From NCBI GenBank assembly GCA_977862235.1, contig OZ374561.1, positions 248,001 through 312,000 of the forward strand: a stretch of DNA of 64,000 nt. Reading direction: 5' to 3'. The translations under genes and the position numbers were made by a program. How positions within the stretch are numbered: the stretch's first letter is position 1; each line of letters begins with the position of its first letter. Positions 45,901 to 58,638 of this stretch are shown piece by piece. The notes below the pieces were generated by a model. It did not search any database and was not told where the DNA came from. It saw only the letters and a list, made by a program, of their open reading frames with translations. The DNA comes from Dudresnaya verticillata (lineage: Eukaryota).

Positions 45901-48900
45901 CGATGCCGCCTTGTTGTTGCGGTTAGAGCGAAGCTATTGCGGCATTGGGCTTGGAGAAGACGGGGGAGATGTTTTTGTTTTATCAAGCAAAAAGCTGACA
46001 AATGTTACGAGATCATCGCGCGGTTGCAGGAGATCTATAAGTATCATAGGCTTTGCCTCTCTGGAACCACTCTCACTTCAGTAGTGGCTCGGCACAGTTA
46101 ACAATTTACGTTGAGCTGTAATTCTTCGCTGTCGTTACAGAATGAATAAACCACAGTACGCTGATAAGAACTTCACTCACATTGAGGTATTTATGGATGC
46201 AAAGTACTAGGACGCTCATTCTCATGCAATAGATTGCCCCATGTATATTGTCTAGCGTAGACTGTATATATAAGTATATATTTCTATCTATGAGAAAACT
46301 GTGCTTCTTTCTGTATGATCTGTTTCGCCTGTTCCGTGTGCCAACCTCACAGTCTTGACTATATACTTTCCAGCTCTCTCGCGAACTGCTTTGCTACACT
46401 GCATATTGGAGACGGTCCTTTCAGCCGTTTCGTCTTTTGACCAGCGTCGCCAAGGTTTTCCGGATCTGCTTCGGAACCTGTTGAATACTTCGTCGCAGAG
46501 AACCCTATTACAAATATATTTAGCCTAGCAAACTTTTGAATTTCTAGTACATAGATTTTTGCTGCATGAGAAATATTGTGTCAGCAAATATGCATATTTA
46601 GTTAAAGAATACTATGAAATAAATTGTAAGAGTCTGAACGACAGCACTTCACTGCAGGGGAAGTGAGAGAGGTTCTGTTTATAAACTACTATTAAAAGGC
46701 ATAGCATGCTGACATTTGAGATATTGTCTAAAACATTTGTGGCTTACGGCGTTGCTACTGTGTAACGAAAACTGCTTAGCATTCCTTTTTGTAACATCCC
46801 GGGATCATTCGTATTCAATCACTCATAGCGACCTAGAGAACTGTTCTTCGCATTCGCCATATGTACAAACAAGTTGAATAATGCTTCGGAATTGTATCCA
46901 AAATACCGAGCTGATAGTCTTGGACAGGAAACGAATCAATCGACGTGTCCTTACCTTCTATTTACCCCATGTGCTTTATCATAGGGCCAACGATGATCCA
47001 TATTGAGACTTCGAGGCCTCTTATCCGTTGCTAGTACAAAACTTTCTAGCCACATAATTCTCGCTTGGCTGGTAGTCCTTACTCGAAACTTTCGAACGAC
47101 AAGCAAACTTGCTATTCCATAACGACTCAATGAATGCAATTGCCACAACAATGAAATTAATGCATAAGCTCATCTCATCTTTGCTCCAGGTTTTTCAAAC
47201 GCAAAACAGAAGATTCTTAAATGAATATTTCCTCTTGGCCAAAAAGGCTTCAGATCCTGAACTTTCTGCCAAAACCCCTTTTTAACGTAAGGATAGCGTT
47301 CCCCATTCTCTCAGATTCAGTGTCGCAGTGAAAGCAAGACATCCGTCTACTGCTGAATAAAACAATGCAGCTATCGCAAGTCCTAGCCTGTCGCTGACAC
47401 GGAGGATGTTCTACGGAGAGAATGGTGAAATTTACGGTAGCGTTTAATAGACTTTACATGTCTGGTTCGTGCGCAAGCGTAGGTACCTTAGAACTTGGTG
47501 AGCGGTAGAAGAAGCTTTGGAGAAAAAAGAAAAGGGAGTTCGTTCTGAAAGACTCATTATCATGAATCATTGTGTATGAACAGCGCCTACGCGTCTTTGC
47601 TGGGATATCTCCGTGTACAAACTTGATTATTGTGAAGAGTTGCTGCAATCCAAGGAGCATCGTGACGCTCTTAAGCCTCTTGGGTCGGACTCTTTGTGCA
47701 TTTTATTGGATGTGATGGATTTATTTGCAGCGTCCTCAATGAAGGCAATCCTAACCTGCTCAAAGAATTCTCAGGAGCAGGAAAGGGCACGATCCGTCTA
47801 TGATCATACCGCTGACATTCATATCAGTCACTGGTAGAATATTGTAAAAGTCCTGAGATAAGAGTGCAGTGCAGGAGCGAGCCCGATGAAAACCAAGGAA
47901 GTTGAATCAACATACCCAACGCATCGTACTGTGCATTTTTTGGGGGGTTCTATGACATGTAAGTAGTTGTAGGATTGCAACGGCAACGAGGAGACCCCTC
48001 ATTCCGTTTCGAGTGGTTAATGGTGCTGCACAGAAGATGCCGTACTAATGCGCCATTGCATGTCTTGCAGGATAATTGCAGGTCGCACTCGTTATCGCTG
48101 TGCAAGACTGTGGGAGGAAAAAGCTGCTGCTGCTGCTGCTGCTTCTACTTTTCTACTGCCTTGCCTTGCCTTAGATGTGAAACCGACGTGCGTATTGTAA
48201 CGTGTGCTTGTGCGTGAGGCATTCTTCTATCGGAGATGGAAAGCAGTCTTGTCACAGTCTCACGTGCGGTGCAGGTGCCACTGCAAATACCTAATAATGC
48301 GGCACTACGCAATAGATTTTTGAAAAGCGGCTTTCAAGGTCAGCAAAGGTTGATTCATTGCACAATAATTTTAAGAGTTGCATTGAGAAGACTCTACAAT
48401 TAGTCTCTCCGCCAATAGGGATTGTACGTACAGAAATTAGCAGTACAGTACGAAGACCAGTTCCACTTTACTGGAAAACAGCGTGGAACCTCCAAAATGG
48501 GAGGCTTAGAAGGGATTATGGCTTTCAGCTACAGGACAGACCTTCTCAAGAGAACAAAACTTTTATACAATAACGCTTGCAAGGATAAAGAGTGAAGCTG
48601 TGGTCCAGCAACAACATCCCCTCTCGTCCGCAGTGACATCGGCAACGCCTTCATTCCTTACTCGCGTGCGAGGCAGCAGGGCTCCAAGTCGAAGCGGTCG
48701 AAGCAATGCCCCGTCGTCTATGCTTGAGCACAAACGAGAACTGGCAGCTTCGAACAGTTCGCATCGAGCGACAGCCGTTACCTTTTCTCAGACTCGTGAC
48801 TTGGCAAATGCTCTGCTGGCAAAATGCTCATTGAAAATAGACGCGTTTTTTACAGGGACGTGACGAGCGCGTGTCACGCTGACAGCGCCAGTCTACCAGA

Positions 48901-51792
48901 GAAGAACTTCGGCCGCGACGCTCGGAAACAGTGCGAGTCGCTTTGGCAGGAAACGGGTACGACAATTAAATTAGAAAGCCTCGGCTTTAACACGAACATA
49001 AGAAAGAGAGTGGCGGCTTCGCATCGCAGGCGTTTTTGCCGCGCAGCCTGTACATTGCGGATCCCAACCTGACTGCTCCTCGAAGGTGTACTTGCCGTAG
49101 CACCTTCTCTCGCAGACCTGATATTAGTACAGTGCTCTACTAGAGTACTGTACTGTGTACCCGAATTCAGGCAATGAATTCAATATTGAAGGAAAAATAG
49201 TTTATAAAATACTCATAAGACTCACCGCCTGATGCTGCACATCTTCTACAGTACTGTACGTGCATTTATAGATATCCTTGGGAGCAGCACATTTAAAATG
49301 TAGACAGCCACAGGAATCGATGACTGCTGCACTCGCCATGACCTCGTGTACCTTATGACTGGGATTCTCATTTAATGTACAGAACTTGGTGCTACTTGCG
49401 AGCGTGGAATGCTTCGTCGACTGAAAGAACAGCATTGCTTCAAGACCCTAGGGTGTATAAGTAGAAACCTACATTATCACTAGTAATCGTCTTCGTAGAA
49501 CACCCAGAATGTATTTGGAAGTTGCATAGAGCGAAGTTTGCGGCCACATTTTCTCTCATGCTGAGCTGATGCGGATGAATGCGTAAAGTTCTTTAAACAC
49601 TACGATTTGCTTCGTGTCTGCTTGGAAGGATTTAGCTCTCCACTCATTGAATTGCTAGTCCAGCGTGTCAAAATGAGTAATAATGAGTGGCGTTTCTGTG
49701 GCACAATAGCTAGATATCTTTGAGAAAGAGAACCTTGCGAATGAGGAAAAATAAAGCTGGAATGATGTGGTTTTGAAGTACATGGTGAGACTTGCGACTA
49801 TAAATCGAACGAAACTCTTGTACAGACTTCCATTAGCTTCTAACGGTCTGAAAATGCCTCTCTCTTCACCACAAGTTTTGGCTTGGGTCTATCGATCAGG
49901 TGCGATAAAACCACATGAGGGCTGTCGGAGGTGATTTGAAATCGAGGTGTAACACGTGGACTGTCGCTTGTTTTTGTAAAGGGAACAGGAACACAACTTC
50001 AGGTTGGTAAGTACAGAAGGATTGCTGGTGAACAGATGTATTTCCTTCCGCAAGATAACGCGAGGGAGTGTAGTTACCCCTTTTTTAGCGTTGCAGTTGT
50101 GCCGCATCGACAGTAGCAAGAAATGCATCGGAGTGGTGCACGAAGAGAGACTCAGCCTCATTTGAGGTTAAAGGTTTTGAAGAGCAGCAAAGCAACAACA
50201 ACAACGGCTATTATTAAACGAGCTGAGACAATGACGGCATATGCGACTGTGAGGCGAGGCTCAAGTGCAATGGGTGTTGGTTGCGGTAGTAGGCAGGTCA
50301 GCTTGTGCACAGAAACGAAGTGGTGCCATGCGATTATCGGGAGAAGTGGTGCATGGCGAGATGCTCGGAAAGTGTAGGTGTGAAGGAGACGGTGGTGTGT
50401 CAGCTATTTGGGTATGACGTTGTAAGCGTGACGAAGATCTGACGATGGCAGATATTACTCACAATGATTGGCTTCTTTCTGGCCCCAGATGAGACATGGC
50501 CCGCGGACGGAAGGTTTCGAGAGACCTCTCGCGCTGCTGAGATCGGGCGCGTGAGAGGTGCTAGAGTACTGTCCTGCTGATGCGCTTCAGATCACTTCGC
50601 TGAGAATGCCGCTCCTTTCTGCTGTCGAATTTCTTGCTGCATGATTATGGATGTCACGGTCAGGATGGGTGACGGACCCCTTATTCCATGTGTGTTCGCG
50701 CCAGAAGGAGGAGCGCTGCTGGTTGGACCATAACATGGCCCGTCGGCGGTTTCTCCGTTCGGGTGACTACGTGACCAAGGCAACCCAAGTTGTATTGCAT
50801 GCAAGATTCGCCGTAAATATATGAAAAGATTTGGAAACCGATCCGTTGTTTGTGACCCTGAATGGGCGATATTGAGAGTTTCACGAGACTTGCGGAATAT
50901 TGCCCAATGTGTGTCGAGATTGTCTAGTTATTATTCAATTATAGTTCAGATTTCGGACTGCAGTTTTTGAAAAATGGTAACAATCCTCGCTGGCAACGGG
51001 CGGGCGCTTTCTGTTGGGCTGGGTCACGGCACGTCGAGAATGCGCAAAGCGCCGTTATCGACTGCTTTTTGTTCAGATTGGGCTCAGTTTGGCGACATCA
51101 CTTCTAGCAAACCTTCAGGGGTTGTTTCGCCAACGTGGCAGGCACCTCGTCGTCGTCGCCCCAGATGGGTCACCGAGCCGTCACGAAAGGAAAAACTTCC
51201 GAAATCTGGCATTCGGGAGTTGTCCGGCCTGTTTTCGGAGTAATGAGATGAACAGTGTGAACAGCCGGATGGTGCGGCGATGGTGCAGAGCTGAAGAACC
51301 TCAAGTGAGCAGCAGCCCGGCAAATGTCTCGCTGGCGCCATTTGCGTTGAAATTCGGAAAATCTCACAGAGCCATGTCCCAGACCTCGGCTCTATCTGAA
51401 CCGCTCTCCCTTCCGGCTTATTTCCCGTGACTCACGACTTTTTTGCCAACTTTTTTTTTTTCCGTCACGGGAACGTGACGCCGTAGACACGACCTCACAC
51501 TTACGCGCCTCCACGGGATGTGCGGGTGAACATTGGCCCGCAAGCGTGTCGTGCCGCAAGAAAAACACGGTATTTACACCACCCCACCCGGAGTTGCCCG
51601 TCCGCAGCTGGCCTCAACACCCGAGCAGTGATCACCGACAAGTCCCGAACCTCACCAAGCACCGCTGGACCGCACGACGTATTTGACCAGAGCACTCCTC
51701 CTCCCTGTTGTGCGTTGCCAGCACATTGAAGGTCTCATCATCGACATAAAGGTTCTTCTTCCCTTTCAACACGGTTTTCGTCGTACCCCGCT

Positions 51793-52722
51793 ATGGACTT
51801 TGACTTCGACGCGTCTATCGGCGACATGAACCCGCAACCGAACGCCGTCTCCATGCAGCAACTGCTCAACAACGCCCCCGTGCCTAGCGCCCCCCACCAA
51901 CAGATGCAGTGGACAGCTTCCTCCCAGCAGCACAACCAGCAGGAGCTCCCTGCTATGCATGTGCATGACCAGCGCCACCCGCAGCAGGGCCCGCAAGACC
52001 AGAAGCCCCACCCACACTACTTGCCGCAGCCCATGCACCCGCAGGATATTCGTCACCCTCAAGACCATCATCATCACCAACAGCAACACCCGCAGCAGCA
52101 ACAGCAACAACATCCGATGCTCTCGTCTGAAGTCAAGCCTGTACCCCAAAGGACCCCGGAGTTCCCACGCAATGATGGCTTCCCGCAGGTCGACCTGGAG
52201 GTTGCCATTCAGATGGGTGGGCTGCGCTACGCAGACCTACGCAAGGAGCAAGCCCGTGAGTGGTTCAAGGACAAAAAGAAGAACGAGCACATGGCCAAGG
52301 GTGAGTTCGACCGCATGAAGCGCAGGAAGAAGGGCGATACTTCAATGTCCCCTCGCGAGAAGTACCTCCGGCGCCTGAAGATGAACCAGGACTCAGCTGC
52401 GGCCGCGCGCTACGCCCAGGAAGAGTACGTATCTGTCCTGGAGAAGCTGGTACAGACCACCGAGGTCGAATTGGCGCACGTACGTCAACAAAACAGTATG
52501 TTGCAGAAGAAGGTTAACGAATTGCAGACTTCCGCCGACGAGAATACACGGCTAGACGTGCAAACTATCTTGGATGCACCAGACCGGTTCAAGAGGTGTG
52601 ATCCTCTCGCACTATCGAAGTGGCTTGACATGATGACAGCTCCCGCTCCTGTCTCAGCACAGGATAACGACCCCAACTTCGCTGCCGGAAATATGGGTAT
52701 TCAACCGGCACCAGCAGTGTAG
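51793..52722 (+). CDS. bZIP transcription factor with Gln/His/Pro-rich N-terminus
   Basis: REKYLRRLKMNQDSAAAAR (N-x7-R) followed by hydrophobic heptads (LEKLV..L..V...N..LQKKV..L). Confidence 0.85.
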   Translation: MDFDFDASIGDMNPQPNAVSMQQLLNNAPVPSAPHQQMQWTASSQQHNQQELPAMHVHDQRHPQQGPQDQKPHPHYLPQPMHPQDIRHPQDHHHHQQQHPQQQQQQHPMLSSEVKPVPQRTPEFPRNDGFPQVDLEVAIQMGGLRYADLRKEQAREWFKDKKKNEHMAKGEFDRMKRRKKGDTSMSPREKYLRRLKMNQDSAAAARYAQEEYVSVLEKLVQTTEVELAHVRQQNSMLQKKVNELQTSADENTRLDVQTILDAPDRFKRCDPLALSKWLDMMTAPAPVSAQDNDPNFAAGNMGIQPAPAV

Positions 52723-55011
52723 AGAAAGCCCCCCTTTTTCCAAACCTTCAACCCCATAGCACTTGTAAAGACTGCCCCTTTAGATGCATGAAACTCAATT
52801 GCCGTACTTGTCCTATGTCCGAAGTATGGCCTCGGGACCGTACGTGCAGTTTCTTCGGACTTGCCCATAATGACTCGTTGGGAAGACCTCGTTCGTGCAA
52901 TCTCCGCTATCCTTCGATATCGAATACTTGCAGTCATGCGCCTTTTCGATACATGCGCTGTACGGTATCGCATGCATTTTTGTTGTTCCGTCTGGGTAAG
53001 TACCTCGACGACATCAGCTGTTCGCAAGATTCGATGGTAGTGAAGTCAAAAACCACCCTGGCCTGCCGGAATGGAGGGTAGAGATGAGCAATTGCAGTGT
53101 ACTGCGTGTTTCCGGCATTGAGTGAGAATGGGCATCTGTGTTGCTCTCGTAAGCCGGACCCTCCAGCGCGCCCATTATTATCGTGTTCGCGCCGTGCTCA
53201 GCGTTCAGTGCTGGTATTTGTATGCTTGCATCTCCCTGGCGAAGCGCCCGATTACTTTAGCTATCTGCCGTTGAAGGGGTTCAGTTTCGGTCGGCGTGAT
53301 CACCATCAACTTGAGGTGTGCATCTCGCGTACACGTTGATCGAAAACGTCGGATACTTTCTCGCTGCAACAGCAGGTACGGTATGTATACGCTCACTGCC
53401 GCTGTCTGCGCTGCCAGTTCTGGTGAAACGAGCAAGTCAAGATTCTCCTGTTCCTCGCTTGCTACTCTGAACAATTTCTCACGTTCGTCCCCGTTTCTCT
53501 TGCTCCTCGAGGAGAAAAGGCGCGGATGGGCCCGGACTGGTTTCTGTAAGCAATCGTGTCGTCGATTGCATTACAGAGCATTTGTTCCCGCGCAGAATTT
53601 CCGTATATCTGTACGAAGAGTTTCTTGCAACGTAAGAAAGCGTCGCAAGAAGAAACAGATTCTGCAAGGCAATCTACCAATCTATGATATCACGTTATAC
53701 AAACACGCCGTGTATAAACCCGCGGATCTGCCTCTTGACATGTCTCTACGTAGTTCTCTCTCTCTCATTTACCAACTGGCCGGGTTTGTAGGAGGAACGC
53801 ACTGTCCTCACGCGCAAGAGGGGCGGCGCAGCTAGAGCGCCCAGACTTTGCTTGATCGCGAAGTCAGGTCGAGAATGGGCTCTCTGACTGCCATCACGCG
53901 CACGGGCTGTTCGAGTTCGCAACTTTACGAAAGGGCATTAGCAATTTTTAGCCCTGCCGGAGCGAGCACCTCCTCCGCCGTACTAGGTCAGACGACACGC
54001 AGGCCTGGCCTCGGCGTGGCTCTATGCATGGCGGTATGCGTGCATGGTGGCATGGAGAAGCTCCGTTCGCGCACGTGCGCGTGTTTGAAGTGAAGCCGCG
54101 GACAATGTGCGGCGTGGGGTAAAATCGAAAGGGTTTCTACTTCGTTCCAGCGTAGAAAGCGATCTCGGTCGCGATTGTCGGGATGTTGCGAGCCGCAACT
54201 TAAAACAAGCGGGCTAGGGACCAGCTCCGAGCTCGAGCGAAGATTGTTTTTTTTTTCCAAAGCTAAAGCTACTTGCTTTTGTGAGTAGGTTCCTTGCTTT
54301 GAAGTCCTTGTGGGCGTCATTGGATTGGGGCAACTGGAGCCCGCGGAGAGGGAGAAGATTTACAGATGCGCCCCCTCAAGCGACGCCCGTGTGCGTCCGG
54401 TGTATTCTCGGATAGCAAACTCATTTGTCTGCGACGAGGATATTTGGGTATTGCAGTGGTGTCGTTCTGTTGACAGAAGGCGAACACGAGATTTAACCAT
54501 TTCTTCTCGTGAAGAATGTATGGGTCGTCGCTGTGACTGAGAAGTCCTTGCTGGTTCGCGGAGCCGGGAGCAAGGGACAGACGTTTTTACGAAGAAGATT
54601 GCCGCGAGTCGCAACAGACGCGGCGGTGTCAGGGTACAGGCTCAACCGGGCACTGGATTTGCGTGTTTCCCTTTGTTTTTTGTCGCAAATTTGAGACCCT
54701 CTGTGTTGCTGACAGTCAAGTCGTCCATTAGCGGCTTGACCGAGAGCGTCTCCATCAGCTTGGATGTTTCGTTTTGCCAAGAGTCTGAAGCTCAGAAGGA
54801 TTAGGCGGGTGACGCCGCGATAAAGCCAGCCGAAAAAAGCAATTGTCAGCGTAACGCTATCTGGACATTATTACTTTAATAGCATTATTCTACATGATTG
54901 TAGGATTCGTTATTATTCTTGCACCCAGTTCAAACATTCCTGAGACTTATTTAATACTGCACAGTATCTACTAACATACCCACTTTTTGCGATAAATGAG
55001 CTTCGTATGCC

Positions 55012-55047
55012 TTATATATATATACATATATATACATATATATATGT
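55012..55047. repeat. (TA)n/(TATATACA)n microsatellite
   Basis: Seen directly. Confidence 0.9.
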
Positions 55048-56466
55048 AAGTAAAATGAGCCGGATTAATGCGTCTTGTTTATGCCTGGGAATGATCTCAC
55101 CCAAGGGTACTGGCGTAGCACGTTAGCGCGTAAATTTTCTCAGGACGACTAGGATAGCGCTACAGAAACTTTCTTGTCTCTTGCTCTCTACTGAAAAAAG
55201 CCCGCGAAAGACAGCACAAAACCGTTAAAACAGATCGTCTGTCATGATGATCATGACGAAGCCAGTAACGCGTATGTATGTACCTGTTTTGTCACAGTAA
55301 CACTTGTAAAGAATCTGTTTACAGCTGTGCGCAGTGGAAGAATGTCAATAGAAGTGAGCTTGCGAGAAGGATAAGCTTACGCCTGCCCTGTCATTGGTGT
55401 CTCCACTTCCAGTTTTAGGTTTTTTAGAGGGCAATACAAATACTAGTACCCAGATTTGTTCGACTACGTTAAGTTGGTGTTACAGTATTAGCAGTTGTGG
55501 TCCAAGCCCACTGTATGTTTTGAGAGGTTGTGAAAATCACCGCGAACACAGAACTTACCCTTGGTTTTTGCGGACTGCCTGACACGTGCAGCGCTAATAT
55601 TGATGGCATTTGCCACGTTCTGGTACACACTGGGAAAAGGTTGTAGAGGTCACTTCCCCAATTTTGAACAGTGCTCGTTGAGGTTCATGCAACAGTTCTA
55701 TTTTATATTTTATTGTTGAGGTTTTGAAGATACTCTCTATCCTTGTAGCGCGGACAATGCAATATGAATTTTCTTTCGATTGCAACAAACCCCATCAGAA
55801 ACGAAATTGCAAGCACGCTGCAACTCCAATCTTACATCTCTTATCATGCTGAGCTCATCAATAAAGCTGTCTTTTGCTCAGTAAGAGTTGTAGAGTTTCT
55901 TCATGTGTGGAAGCTCGCGAATTTGTCCAGTTCGGTTTCGTTTGCAACTTCATTGCAAGCAAAAGTGAGCAAGTAGTCTTTTTTAAAGAAGGTACACAAG
56001 TTCTGCTCGTAATGCAGAGCAGAGTGCCACAAGTACGAAATTTCGACCCAAATGTCATCTCAGTGCCAGGAATGTTGACAATTTTCCGAAAGATAATGCT
56101 TTGCATGCTGCTTTGCATGCACAATGCTTCATCACGCTCGTCACGTTCAAAAAGATTTTTGGAACAAGCGCGACCGGCATTGTACGTTCCATAGTCCCCG
56201 CAGACACGCAGCCAGTCACTTGTTCAAGGACGTGTGCGACAGTGTGCGACGCAATTTCAGATGATGTCATGCTCATCACACCAGTCAAAGCCCGGCGTGA
56301 CCGCCCACACACCTCCCGAATACACAATGTTCCGAATACAGCTGCATCGTACAACCGCCCCGACAAGCGCAGCGCAAATCCTACAAGGCACGTTTTCATT
56401 CGATGCTCCATTCACGCATGCACTTCCCCATTCGCCGCTTGCATCCTACACAGCGCCATTCGATTC

Positions 56467-56516
56467 CCCGCCGCCGCCATTACACGTGCATCCCGCCGCC
56501 GCCATTACACGTGCAT
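56467..56516. repeat. Perfect 25-bp tandem duplication containing CACGTG
   Basis: CCCGCCGCCGCCATTACACGTGCAT x2. Confidence 0.9.
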
Positions 56517-58638
56517 CCCCCCTGCCCGGCGGAAACCGAGCCGCAGCGCTGCCAAGCGCAGTCCGGCAGTCGCCCGCCGTCGACGTCTCTGCGCGCGCAT
56601 TCTCACGCACACGCACACGCGCACAACCGCCGCGCTGCCCGCAGCCCTTGGTAACAGTCCTACCGCGCCGCCGCCAACGCATGCACGTTTGTGTCCTGTG
56701 CGGAGCATGCTGCGGGACAGGCGCCGCCCGTGCTACATCACGTAAAGCCTGTGTCCAGGTCGCAGGCGGCGCGCTTCCACCCAAGCCGCTCCGCGGCGGG
56801 TATGTACAGGTATGGCTGCGGGAACAGGACCTCAGCATCGCCACCAGTCCGCCTGCTGGAAGGGCAGATCGCGGCGTCCTGAATGGTGCGGCATGTGCGC
56901 GCGCAGTCACAGGCATAACCTCCCGCATCTGCGAGTGTGACCGCGGACTCGAGCACCCGAACGCTCGTAGATTCCTTTCATCTTCGGTCAGGTCAGCGGA
57001 TCGCGAAGCGGCGTTGCAGTTCGGCTCGAATATCGTTCCGACTGAGCCCCGAAATGGAAATTGGCGAAGCGAAAAGACGACTGTAAACGACTCGTCTTGA
57101 GCTCAACCTGGCTTGTTGTCGAAGCCGCAACTGAAAACCCTCAACCTTTTCTCCCTCCCCAGTGCTCCTCCGTTGCTAGGACTAACTGCAGCACCGAAAG
57201 GCAACACATAGCGTGTTGCAGTTGAACTACCCGAACCAGAGACTCGCTTGAAGAGAGTTGTTCCGAGCCGTCGACGTGTGGGGTCTGCAATGCAAACCTG
57301 GGCCCGGTCTCGACACCCGCGCCTGCTGCAAATCTGCAGCACGTGGTGTCGCAGTGATCTTCCGGCACACAGTTCCGGCCATCCCTAGCACGATTCCACG
57401 TCCGCGCGACGCGCAAAAGGAGCCCTGACGTGTTCCGCCTCCATCTCATCAGTGTGTGCGATGCGTGCGACCCTCCCCCTCCCAGGTGCGCGCGCAGGCG
57501 TCAATGCCCATCCTCCGGCAGACGCTCAAAGCCGACAGAGGCGGCAGCTCTTGCTCTCGCGAGTGCATTCTCATCGTTACAGCAGTTCGACTCTCGTAGG
57601 CAACGAAGGGGGGGCGGCGCGTGTCGAGAGTAGAAAAGCTCCAGTGTGCCGGCCGACGTGAAGAGCACCGGTGGTCGGGAACCGCTTCCCAGTTCCCGAG
57701 CCGCCGATCTGACCAGTCTACTGGCAGCGAAGTTGTTGGGCAGCGATGGCAGTGAAAAATCTGACAGCAATCGACATATTGTCGTGCCGTGCCTTCTATT
57801 GACGCCACGAGGAAAGTTTTTCGGAAAACAATGCTTCTGGGCGTGACATCTTGGAACCCGCTTTCAGGCTTACTACTGGCCTTACGTGTTCTGCCATGGT
57901 TTTGCCCTTGTCTCTTGCATAGGTTCTTTTGCCGAGTGCTCGTTGAAAGTGGCCGGACAGCAAAATCCATGTCAGGTGCTAGAATGTTTTTTTCGGGAAC
58001 GTGTTGTAAGTTGATGGCGACTCTTACGACGAGAGCCGATCCAAGGTATGCATTCAAACGAACATAGGATACTACCACGGTGATAACAACCTTGATTTGT
58101 TATCTTCGAAAGAATAAATACTTTGGCACGCGGGACTATACGTTCATGTACAATTTGTTTTCTATTACTGCCTACGACGAAAGCAGCAAATAAAGATGTT
58201 TGGAAGTGCATTCGAAGGGCTTGATGTTGCTCGCACGGAAGCGAAGGAGAAGGTCAATTCTTCCTAGAGGCGAACGGTAGATGCGGTGTGCTCCTGTCAA
58301 TTTGCCTAGCTATTCTACAATAACACCCAACATACCCTTGTTTCCACTGTGTTTGCGTCAATATAAGATTACCAAGCATGTTTCAGTGCTGTCATTAGAC
58401 GGGGTTCATAATTTTGGACCTCGCAGGGAATTGAAATTGTCGGAAAAGCAGCGGGAAGTGAACCAAATCGTCCGACCACCACGATTCCAGAACTCCGACT
58501 CGGATCATTTCCTGCGAGCCATTCAGCAGTCGCATGCTGCCGAATCCTCTCCAACCCTGCTGCCTGCCATTGCAGGAAGGGTGATGAGCTTCCCTTTGCT
58601 TAGCGAAAGAGATCGACGAAGGGGAAGAGTTATTGGAA

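Noticed and set aside
55843..55866. Minus-strand FIDELSMI resembling the Pif1/Helitron helicase Walker B motif
   Set aside because: No Walker A, FGG or GD..QL motifs nearby and the frame is broken; insufficient support.
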